Source: Propionibacteriales bacterium (GTDB taxonomy: Bacteria > Actinomycetota > Actinomycetes > Propionibacteriales > Nocardioidaceae). Taken from it: a stretch of 40,138 bases of DNA. The notes beneath the pieces were generated by a model, which made no database searches, was not told the origin of the DNA, and saw only the letters and a program-made list of their open reading frames with translations. Numbering within the stretch: position 1 is the first letter of the stretch; every line of letters begins with the position of its first letter. The stretch is taken from contig WHTJ01000019.1 of NCBI GenBank assembly GCA_009377795.1, forward strand, positions 1-40,138, read 5' to 3'. Position numbers and translations under genes: made by a program. Positions 9,246 through 17,076 of this stretch are shown here, piece by piece.

Positions 9246-10001
9246 GTGTATCTGCTGACCCGGCGATGGCTGCTGTTCGGGCTGGTCGTCATCATCCTCG
9301 CCGTGGCCTGCTGGCGGCTGGGGGTGTGGCAGTTCGACCGGCTGGAGGAGCGGCGCGCGGACAACGAGATCTTCGAGACGAACCTCGCGGCGCCGGTGCG
9401 TCCTGCGGACGACGTCATGTCCAGCACATCACCGCTGCCGGGAGACGCCGAGTGGCAGCGGGTCGAGATGATCGGCACCTACGACCTGCGGGGTCAGACG
9501 CTGGTGCGGTACCAGACCCGCGACGGCCAGCCCGGGATGAACGTCGTCGTGCCCCTGGTCGGCGACGACGGCGCCACCGCCCTGGTCGACCGTGGATGGT
9601 TCGCCGTCACGAACGACCCGGGCGCACGGGTCGACCCGCCCGATCCTCCGTCCGGCCGGGTCACGGTCATCGGCTGGGCCCAGCCCGACCAGAACGGCGA
9701 CCCGGACGAGATCACCCCGAACGACGGAAAGGTCCGGCTGATCTCGAGTACCGGCTTCGAGTCCGAGGTCGGGGGCCATCTGCTGCACGGATACATCGCC
9801 GCGCGCCAGGAGCGGCCGGCTCCACCCGAGGAGCTGGAACGGGCGGCCCCACCGGAGCTGGACTCCGGTCCGCATTTCTTCTACGGGTTGCAGTGGTGGT
9901 TCTTCGCCGCGCTCGCGGTGGGCGGGTTCGGCTATCTGGCCTGGTCCGAGGCGCGAGATCGTCGTACTGCAAGGGAGAATCGAGGCGATGCGGCGAATTG
10001 A
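9246..10001 (+). CDS. SURF1 family protein
   Basis: There is an N-terminal TM helix, the conserved WQFDR motif, and a C-terminal TM helix (FFYGLQWWFFAALAV). Confidence 0.75.
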   Translation: MYLLTRRWLLFGLVVIILAVACWRLGVWQFDRLEERRADNEIFETNLAAPVRPADDVMSSTSPLPGDAEWQRVEMIGTYDLRGQTLVRYQTRDGQPGMNVVVPLVGDDGATALVDRGWFAVTNDPGARVDPPDPPSGRVTVIGWAQPDQNGDPDEITPNDGKVRLISSTGFESEVGGHLLHGYIAARQERPAPPEELERAAPPELDSGPHFFYGLQWWFFAALAVGGFGYLAWSEARDRRTARENRGDAAN

Positions 10002-11751
10002 GGACTACGCGATCATCGGGGATGCGCAGACCGTCGGCCTGGTGTGCGCCGACGGTTCCATCGACTGGCTGTGCCTCCCGCGGTTCGACTCCGCGGCGTG
10101 TTTCGCCGCGCTGCTCGGCGACGAGGACAACGGGTGCTGGCGGATCGCGCCCGTGGACGCGGAGCGCTGTACGTCGCGCCGGTACCGCGGGGATTCGCTG
10201 ATTCTGGAGACCCGCTGGGATGTCGAGGGCGGCTCGGTCCGGGTCATCGACTTCATGCCGCCGCGCAACCGAGCGCCGGACGTCGTGCGGATCGTCGAGG
10301 GCCTCTCCGGGCGCGTGTCCATGCACAGCATGCTCAAGCTGCGGTTCGACTACGGGCGCCGCGTGCCGTGGGTGTACCAGATCGACGGCCAGCTCGCGGG
10401 AGTCGCCGGACCGGACTCCGTGTACCTCCGCAGCCATGTGCCACACCACGGCGAGAACTTCGCCACCGTCTCCGACTTCGAGGTCTCCGAGGGCGAGCGG
10501 GTGGGGTTCGTGCTCACCTGGAAGCCGTCGCATGTTCAGCCGCCGATTCCCGTGGAGCCGGAGGCGGCGCTCGCCTCGACGGAGACGTACTGGACGAAGT
10601 GGGCGGACCACTGCCACGCGAGCGGGCCGTACGCCGAGCAGATCACCCGCTCACTGCTCACCCTGAAGGCGCTCACCTACGCCCCAACCGGCGGGATCGT
10701 CGCCGCGCCCACGACGTCCCTCCCGGAAGCCCCCGGTGGGGTGCGCAACTGGGACTACCGCTACTGCTGGCTGCGCGACGCCACCATGACCCTGGAGGCG
10801 CTGCTCAACGCCGGATTCACCGAGGAGGCGCAGGTGTGGACGGCCTGGCTGTTCCGGGCGGTCGCGGGTTCGCCCGCAGACGTGCAGATCATGTACGGCG
10901 TCGCCGGCGAGCGCCGGCTTCTCGAGCAGGAGTTGCCCTGGCTCGCCGGATACCAGGGCTCCCGGCCGGTCCGCATCGGGAACGCCGCGAGCGAGCAGGT
11001 TCAGCTGGACGTCTACGGCGAGGTGATGGCGGCGCTCTCCCTGGCCCGGGAGAAGGACGTACCCGGCCTGCGCCAGTCCTGGCCGTTGCAGCGCGCGCTG
11101 ACCGAGCATCTGGCGACCGTGTGGGACCAGCCGGATCATGGGCTGTGGGAGGTGCGCGGGCCGCGTCAGCACTTCACGCACTCGAAGATCATGGCCTGGG
11201 TCGCGTTCGACCGGGCCGCGACCGCGGTCGAACGGTACGGCCGGCCCGGACCGGGCGGGCGCTGGCGTGAACTGGCCGACCGGGTGCGCCGCCAGGTCTG
11301 CGAGCAGGCCTATGACCACGAGCGTGGGGCGTTCGTGCAGGCGTACGGCAGCAACCGGCTCGATGCCGCGGTGCTGCTCATCCCGCGGGTCGGCTTCCTG
11401 CCCGGCGACGACCCGCGCGTGGTCAGCACCGTGCACACGATCCGGCGCGAGCTCACCGACAACGGGTTCGTGCGCCGGTACCAGACCGACGTCGCCAGCA
11501 CCGAGAACGTCGACGGCCTCCCCGGACACGAGGGCGCCTTCCTGGCCTGCTCGTTCTGGCTCGCGGACGCCGAGTTCTACATCGGCGAGGTGGAACGCGC
11601 CCGGAAGCGGTTCGAGTCCCTGTTGTCGTTGTGCAACGACGTCGGCCTGCTCGCCGAACAATACGATCCGGCGACCGGGGAGCAGCTCGGCAACTTCCCG
11701 CAGGCGTTCAGCCACATCGGCCTGGTCAACACCGCCTGCCTGCTCGGCTGA
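9988..11751 (+). CDS. Glycoside hydrolase family 15 protein (glucoamylase/trehalase-like)
   Basis: 587 aa. The N-terminal beta-sandwich (IEDYAIIGDAQTVGLV...DWLCLPRFDS) and the (alpha/alpha)6 catalytic region with WDYRYCWLRDA are typical of bacterial GH15. Confidence 0.8.
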   Translation: MRRIEDYAIIGDAQTVGLVCADGSIDWLCLPRFDSAACFAALLGDEDNGCWRIAPVDAERCTSRRYRGDSLILETRWDVEGGSVRVIDFMPPRNRAPDVVRIVEGLSGRVSMHSMLKLRFDYGRRVPWVYQIDGQLAGVAGPDSVYLRSHVPHHGENFATVSDFEVSEGERVGFVLTWKPSHVQPPIPVEPEAALASTETYWTKWADHCHASGPYAEQITRSLLTLKALTYAPTGGIVAAPTTSLPEAPGGVRNWDYRYCWLRDATMTLEALLNAGFTEEAQVWTAWLFRAVAGSPADVQIMYGVAGERRLLEQELPWLAGYQGSRPVRIGNAASEQVQLDVYGEVMAALSLAREKDVPGLRQSWPLQRALTEHLATVWDQPDHGLWEVRGPRQHFTHSKIMAWVAFDRAATAVERYGRPGPGGRWRELADRVRRQVCEQAYDHERGAFVQAYGSNRLDAAVLLIPRVGFLPGDDPRVVSTVHTIRRELTDNGFVRRYQTDVASTENVDGLPGHEGAFLACSFWLADAEFYIGEVERARKRFESLLSLCNDVGLLAEQYDPATGEQLGNFPQAFSHIGLVNTACLLG

Positions 11752-11768
11752 CTCACCATCCCCTTCTT

Positions 11769-11834
11769 CGTGCCGAGATTGCACAAGTGGCCGTTTTCAG
11801 ATCGACCATTTCTGCAATCTCGGCGCGAGATGTC
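11769..11834. terminator. Long imperfect inverted repeat between the convergent GH15 and ABC exporter genes. It is a candidate bidirectional terminator or protein-binding palindrome.
   Basis: cgtgccgagattgcacaagtgg ...15 nt... ccatttctgcaatctcggcgcg. A 12-bp perfect core (gccgagattgca) extends to about 22 bp with 3 mismatches. Confidence 0.35.
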
Positions 11835-11838
11835 CGGC

Positions 11839-13710
11839 TCAGCCGACCGCGGCGGGAGCCAGCTGGGTGGAGTACAGGTCGGCGTACGTTCCGCCGAGCG
11901 CCAGGAGCTCGTCGTGGGTACCGCGTTCGACGATGCGTCCGTCATCGATGACCAGGATCTGGCTGGCGTTACGGACCGTCGAGAGCCGGTGCGCGATGAC
12001 CAGCGAGGTACGCCCGGCGAGTGCCGTGTCGAGTGCGCGGTGGACGGCGGCCTCGGACTCCGAGTCGAGGTGCGCGGTGGCCTCGTCCAGTACGACGATC
12101 TGCGGGGCCTTCAGCAGCAGCCGGGCGATCGCCAGCCGTTGCCGCTCCCCGCCGGACAGCCGGTAGCCGCGGTCCCCCACCACGGTGTCGAGTCCGTCCG
12201 GCAGGCCCGCGACCAGGTCCCAGATCTGCGCGGCGCGCAATACCGTCACGAGTTCGGTGTCGGTCGCCTCGGGCCGGGCGTAACGCAGGTTGTTGCGGAT
12301 GGAGTCGTGGAACAGGTGCGCGTCCTGTGTGACATACCCGACCACGTCGTGCAAGGAGTCCAGGGTGGCGTCGACGACGTCCACGCCCCCGATCCGGACT
12401 GTGCCGCCAGTGGTGTCGTACAGCCGGGTCACCAGATTCGTGATGGTCGTCTTGCCCGCGCCCGACGGTCCGACCAGTGCCACCAGTTGGCCCGGTTCGG
12501 CGCGGAAGGTGATGTCGGTCAGCACCTCTGTGTTGGGCGTTCCGTTGGGCGCGGCCACGGTCTCCAGGCTGGCCAGCGAGACCTCGTCGGCCCCGGGATA
12601 GCGGAACCGGACGTGGTCGAACTCGACCGAGGCGCTGTCCGGAGGCACGGGTACGGCGTCCTCGCGTTCCTGAATCATCGACGGCAGGTCCAGCACCTCG
12701 AACACCCGCTCAAAGCTCACGAGAGCGGTCATCACGTCGACGTGCACGTTGGACAGGCCGGTCAGAGGCGCGTACAAGCGGGACATCAAGGCGGCGAGCG
12801 CCAACAACGTCCCGACCGTAAGCGACCCGTCGACCGCGAGATGGCCCCCGATCCCATAGACCAGCGCGGTCGCCAGCGCCGCCACGAGAGTCAACGCACT
12901 GAAGAAGATCCGGCTGCTCATGGCAATCCGCACGCCGAGCTGCCGAACTGTCGCTGCCTTGTCCGAGAACTCCACGTCTTCGTCCGCCGCGCGGCCGAAC
13001 AGCTTCACCAGCATCGCGCCGCCGACGTTGAACCGCTCCGTCATCGTGGTCGAGAGCTCAGCGTTCACCTGCATCTGTTCGCGGCTCAACGCCGCCAAGC
13101 GGCGCCCGGCCCAACGGGCGGGCAGCAAGAACACTGGCACCAAGGCGAAAGCCAGCAAGGTGATCTGCCACGACAAGGCGACCATCGTGATCGCGACCAG
13201 CACCACGCTGATCAGGTTGGAAACGACGCCGGACAATGTCGACGTGAAGGCGCGCTGGGCGCCGATGACGTCGCTGTTCAGCCGGGACACCAACGCTCCG
13301 GTCTGGGCCCGGGTGAAGAACGCGACCGGCAGCCGCTGGACGTGGGAGAAGACCTGGGTCCGCAGGTCGTAGATCAAACCCTCGCCGATCCGCGAGGAGA
13401 GATAGCGCTGCGCGAGGGTGAGAGCCGCTTCGACGAAGGCGATCAGAGCCACCAGCAGCGCCAGCCAGGTCACGAGCGACGAATCGCCCTTGAGCACCCC
13501 GTCGTCGATGATCATCTTGAACACCAGTGGCGTCGCCACCACCAGGACCGAGCTGAAGATCACCAGGAGCAGGAACCACAGGATCCCCCCTGTGTACGGC
13601 TTGGCGAATCCAGCGACCCGGCGAAACGTGCCGGGGGCGAGACGCTTCGACTTCACGCTCTCGTCGCGAATGCGCAGCATGCGCATGTGCTCGCCCATCG
13701 GTGAACTCAC
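11839..13710 (-). CDS. ABC transporter fused permease/ATP-binding protein (type I exporter, MsbA-like)
   Basis: 623 aa. A six-TM N-terminal domain is followed by an NBD with GPSGAGKTT, LSGGERQRLAIARLLL and VVLDEAT motifs. Confidence 0.85.
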   Translation of the reverse strand: MSSPMGEHMRMLRIRDESVKSKRLAPGTFRRVAGFAKPYTGGILWFLLLVIFSSVLVVATPLVFKMIIDDGVLKGDSSLVTWLALLVALIAFVEAALTLAQRYLSSRIGEGLIYDLRTQVFSHVQRLPVAFFTRAQTGALVSRLNSDVIGAQRAFTSTLSGVVSNLISVVLVAITMVALSWQITLLAFALVPVFLLPARWAGRRLAALSREQMQVNAELSTTMTERFNVGGAMLVKLFGRAADEDVEFSDKAATVRQLGVRIAMSSRIFFSALTLVAALATALVYGIGGHLAVDGSLTVGTLLALAALMSRLYAPLTGLSNVHVDVMTALVSFERVFEVLDLPSMIQEREDAVPVPPDSASVEFDHVRFRYPGADEVSLASLETVAAPNGTPNTEVLTDITFRAEPGQLVALVGPSGAGKTTITNLVTRLYDTTGGTVRIGGVDVVDATLDSLHDVVGYVTQDAHLFHDSIRNNLRYARPEATDTELVTVLRAAQIWDLVAGLPDGLDTVVGDRGYRLSGGERQRLAIARLLLKAPQIVVLDEATAHLDSESEAAVHRALDTALAGRTSLVIAHRLSTVRNASQILVIDDGRIVERGTHDELLALGGTYADLYSTQLAPAAVG

Positions 13711-14551
13711 GCTGGTGAAACCCCCTGACCAGGCATTTTGTTCCGTCCGCCGGAGAGCAGGCGGCCCAGCTCGCGCATCCGGACCACCTGCTCGCGCCGC
13801 TCGGCGACCCGCTGCTCGTCGTATGTACGGTCCCCGGCGCCCTGCAGCAGGCGCTTGGTCGCGGTCACCGCGCCGTGCATCGGCGTGGTCAGTGCGTCGG
13901 CCAGGTCGGTGACCGTGGCGTCCAGCTCGTCCGGCGGTACGACTACGGTCGCGATACCGAGCGCGGCCGCCTCCTCGGCGTCGATCGTGCGCGACGTCGC
14001 GCAGATCTCCAGGGCCCGGGAGTAGCCGACGATGTCGACCAGCGGCTTGGTTCCGGTCAGGTCCGGCACCAAGCCGAGGGCGGGCTCCTTCATGCAGAAC
14101 CTCGCATCGTCGGCCGCGACCCGCAGGCCAGCGCGAGCTGGAACCCGGCGCCGATCGCGTGTCCCCGGACGGCCGCGATCGAGACCATCTCCGGACGCCG
14201 CCACCAGGTGAACGCCTCCTGGAACTCGGCGATCCGGGCCTCGAACTCGTCGTCGTCCAGCCTCAGCAGCTCCGGGAACGGCGTCTCCCCCGGTACGCCG
14301 TCCGGGGTGAGCATCCGGACGTCCAGCCCGGCGGAGAACGACGGTCCCTCCCCGCGCACCACCACCACCCGGGTCGACTCGTCGATCGACCGGCCGATCT
14401 CGGCGAGCGCCCGCCAGGTCGCCGGGGTCTGCGCGTTGCGCCGATCGGGACGGTCCAGTACGACGGTCGCGACCGCCCCATCGGTCTCCAGCCGTACGCC
14501 GGCGGCATCGAGCGTCCTCTGATCCATGCGCGCCATCCTCCCAGCCCTCAA
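13707..14551 (-). pseudogene. Enoyl-CoA hydratase/isomerase (crotonase) family gene, frameshifted
   Basis: The N-terminal 146 codons (frame ending at 14090) encode the crotonase fold up to ...AIGAGFQLALAC. The C-terminal part (…LRVAADDARFCMKEPALGLVPD…) continues in another frame. The oxyanion-hole region is split at about 14100-14125 (GCC TGC GGG TCG vs expected ..CD LRV..), which needs a 1-nt indel to restore. Confidence 0.6.
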
Positions 14552-16146
14552 GCCAGCGCGACGAGGTCCTGGTACTCGTCGTTCCAGAGGTCCTCGTCGC
14601 CGTCCGGGAGCAACAGCACCCGGTCCGGCTGCAGCGCCTCGACGGCACCCTCGTCATGCGTCACCAGCACGATCGCCCCCTGGTACGCCCGAATTGCCGA
14701 CAGCACCTCGGCCCGAGAGGCGGGGTCGAGGTTGTTGGTGGGCTCGTCCAGCAGGAGGACGTTCGCGGCGGACACGACCAGGGAGGCGAGCGCCAGGCGG
14801 GTCTTCTCGCCTCCGGAGAGCACGGCCGCAGGCTTGTGGCCGTCGTCGCCGCTGAACAGGAACGACCCCAGGACGCTGCGGGCCTGGGTGTCGGTGAGGT
14901 GTGGTGCCGCGCTGTGCATGTTCTCCAGGACGGTCCGTTCGACGTCGAGCGTCTCGTGCTCCTGGGCGTAGTAGCCCAGCTTGAGGCCGTGTCCCGGACG
15001 GACCTCGCCGGTGTCCGGCCGGTCGAGCCCGGTGAGGATCCGCAGCAGGGTGGTCTTGCCCGCACCGTTGAGGCCGAGCACGACGACCCGGCTTCCGCGG
15101 TCGATCGCGAGATCGACGTCGGTGAAGACCTCCAGCGAACCGTACGACTTGGACAGCCGTTCGGCGGTGAGCGGGGTCTTGCCCGACGGCGCGGGCGCCG
15201 GGAACGCGATCCGGGCCACCCGATCGTGCCGGCGTTCCTCCTCGACGCTCGCCTGGATCCGCTCGGCCCGTTTGAGCATGCTCTGTGCGGCTCGCGCCTT
15301 GGTCGCCTTGTAGCGCATCCGGTTGGCCTGGTCAGTCAGCGCGGACGCCTTCCGCTCGGCGTTCGCGCGTTCCCGCTTGCGTCGTCGCTCGTCGGTCTCA
15401 CGCTGCTCGAGGTACGCCGGCCACGATACGTTGTAGACGTCGACCGCGGCCCGGTTGGCGTCCAGATGCAGGACCCGGTTCGCGATCGTGCCGAGCAGGG
15501 CGACGTCGTGGCTGATCACCACCAGCCCGCCCTGATGGGCCTTCAGGAACTCGCGCAGCCAGACGATCGAGTCCGCGTCGAGATGGTTGGTCGGCTCGTC
15601 GAGCAAAAGGGTCTCCGCGCCCGAGTACAGGATGCGCGCGAGCTCGACCCGGCGGCGCTGGCCGCCGGACAGCGTGCCCAGCTCCTGGGTGAGCACCCGC
15701 TCGGGCAGGCCGAGGCTGGCCGCGAGGACCGCGGCCTCGGACTCCGCGGCGTAACCGCCGCCCGCGTGCAGCTCGGCCTCGGCCCGGGCGTAGCGGCGCA
15801 TGGCCCGCTCGGCGGTCGCGGCGTGGCCCGAGCCCATCTCCCGTTCCGCCTCCCGCAGCCGGCGTACGACGTCGTCCAGCCCACGAGCGGACAGGATGCG
15901 GTCCCGCGCACTCAGGTGAGGATCGGCGGCCCGCGGGTCCTGCGGCAGGTAGCCGACGGTCCCGGTCCGGGTGACCCGTCCCCCTGCCGGCTCGGCCTCG
16001 CCCGCCAGCACCCGGGTCAGGGTGGTCTTGCCGGCACCGTTCCGTCCGACCAGGCCGACCTTGTCACCGGCGGCGATCCGGAAGCTGGTGTCGGACATCA
16101 GCAGCCGCGCGCCCGCGCGAATCTCGACGGAATGGGCGGTGATCAC
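14548..16146 (-). CDS. ABC-F family ATPase (EttA/Uup-like translation factor, no TM domain)
   Basis: 532 aa. It has two tandem NBDs (GRNGAGKTT / GLNGAGKTT; LSGGQRRRVELARIL / LSGGEKTRLALASLV) separated by a charged linker typical of ABC-F. Confidence 0.85.
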   Translation of the reverse strand: MITAHSVEIRAGARLLMSDTSFRIAAGDKVGLVGRNGAGKTTLTRVLAGEAEPAGGRVTRTGTVGYLPQDPRAADPHLSARDRILSARGLDDVVRRLREAEREMGSGHAATAERAMRRYARAEAELHAGGGYAAESEAAVLAASLGLPERVLTQELGTLSGGQRRRVELARILYSGAETLLLDEPTNHLDADSIVWLREFLKAHQGGLVVISHDVALLGTIANRVLHLDANRAAVDVYNVSWPAYLEQRETDERRRKRERANAERKASALTDQANRMRYKATKARAAQSMLKRAERIQASVEEERRHDRVARIAFPAPAPSGKTPLTAERLSKSYGSLEVFTDVDLAIDRGSRVVVLGLNGAGKTTLLRILTGLDRPDTGEVRPGHGLKLGYYAQEHETLDVERTVLENMHSAAPHLTDTQARSVLGSFLFSGDDGHKPAAVLSGGEKTRLALASLVVSAANVLLLDEPTNNLDPASRAEVLSAIRAYQGAIVLVTHDEGAVEALQPDRVLLLPDGDEDLWNDEYQDLVALA

Positions 16147-16382
16147 GGTAGACAGGCTCCAGGTAGAACGGACGATGGAGGCGGGTGCGCGCCGGCAGGC
16201 GCGGCAGGGGCGACCTAGTCCAATCGAGCCAGCACGCGGTGAAGTCTACCGGATCGGCGGTGTCGCGTTCGGGCCGGCGGTGACGTCGCCGGCTCCTCGA
16301 GTGGCCCGATTTGTACGGCGACACGGGAGTGTCGCGAGCAGAACGGGCCACTCGACGCGCGGGACCGGGCCCACTGTCGATA

Positions 16383-17039
16383 TCACCTGCGGTGTGCCGG
16401 CGGATCGGTCACCTCGATCAGCACCGAGCGCGCGCGTACGGCGGCGTCCTGCAGTACGCGTTTTCGAGGATCGGGTACGGCGAGAAAGCGTCCCCGCGGC
16501 AGCTCCGCGAGTCCGCGCAGACGCGGGTCGGCCAGGACTTCGTCCACGGCACGCCGATCGCCGCCCGGTACGACACCGTCCAGTCGTCCGAGGCGCGGCC
16601 CGAGCACCTTGACGGCCGCGTCGGCGGCCGCGGCGAACGCGGCCCTGGCCTGCGCATCCCGGCGCCGGGCGTAGCGTTGCTGCGACCAACCGCCGGCCTT
16701 GGTCTTGCCCTGGACGTGGCGTGAGCCGACCGCCGAGTCCGCCAGCCGCGAACCGTCCAGCACGCCGACCGCGTGTCCCCGGCGGCGTACCAGCACGATC
16801 CCCAGCAGGAGCGGGCGGCTCGCATGAACGACCAGCCCGGCGACGGGGTCGTTGCCCGAACGCCAGGGCGGCCACGGGACCTCGATCCACGCGACCGCGT
16901 CGTCGGCCGCTCGCAGCCGGACGTGGTTGGCGCCGGCGTGCACCGAGGTCGCGCCGTGGCGGGCCGAGAACCGCTCCACCCAGCCGGCGAGCCGTTCGGG
17001 CGTGACCTCGACCCGCCGAGTGCGATCAGGACCGGCCAT
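16383..17039 (-). CDS. Hypothetical protein, candidate actinobacterial VLRF1-like (Vms1/ANKZF1-type) peptidyl-tRNA hydrolase
   Basis: 218 aa. The motif GKTKAGGWSQQRYARRRD resembles the GG-x-S-x-x-R-[YF]-x-R-x-R-[DE] catalytic loop of VLRF1-type release-factor-like domains. It lies next to the ABC-F ribosome-associated ATPase. Assignment is from memory of the family motif only. Confidence 0.4.
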   Translation of the reverse strand: MAGPDRTRRVEVTPERLAGWVERFSARHGATSVHAGANHVRLRAADDAVAWIEVPWPPWRSGNDPVAGLVVHASRPLLLGIVLVRRRGHAVGVLDGSRLADSAVGSRHVQGKTKAGGWSQQRYARRRDAQARAAFAAAADAAVKVLGPRLGRLDGVVPGGDRRAVDEVLADPRLRGLAELPRGRFLAVPDPRKRVLQDAAVRARSVLIEVTDPPAHRR

Positions 17040-17076
17040 CGCTCACCGGGTCAGACCGCGACGGTCGCGGTCACGA

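Noticed and set aside
10044-11784. Long ORFs (408 aa plus strand, 377 aa minus strand) overlapping the GH15 gene
   Set aside because: Out-of-frame or antisense shadows. The GH15 frame carries the recognisable catalytic motifs.
11770-13704. 644-aa plus-strand ORF antisense to the ABC exporter
   Set aside because: Shadow ORF with low-complexity translation. The true gene is on the minus strand with Walker/ABC signature motifs.
13707-14657. 316-aa ORF taken as an intact gene
   Set aside because: Its N-terminal ~180 aa are Arg/Cys/Gly-rich nonsense. Only its C-terminal part is crotonase-like and the true N-terminus is in another frame. It was interpreted as a frameshifted echA instead.
14656-16218. 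520-aa plus-strand ORF antisense to the ABC-F gene
   Set aside because: Shadow ORF. It has no motifs and Arg/Gly/Pro-rich composition. ABC-F on the minus strand has two full NBDs.
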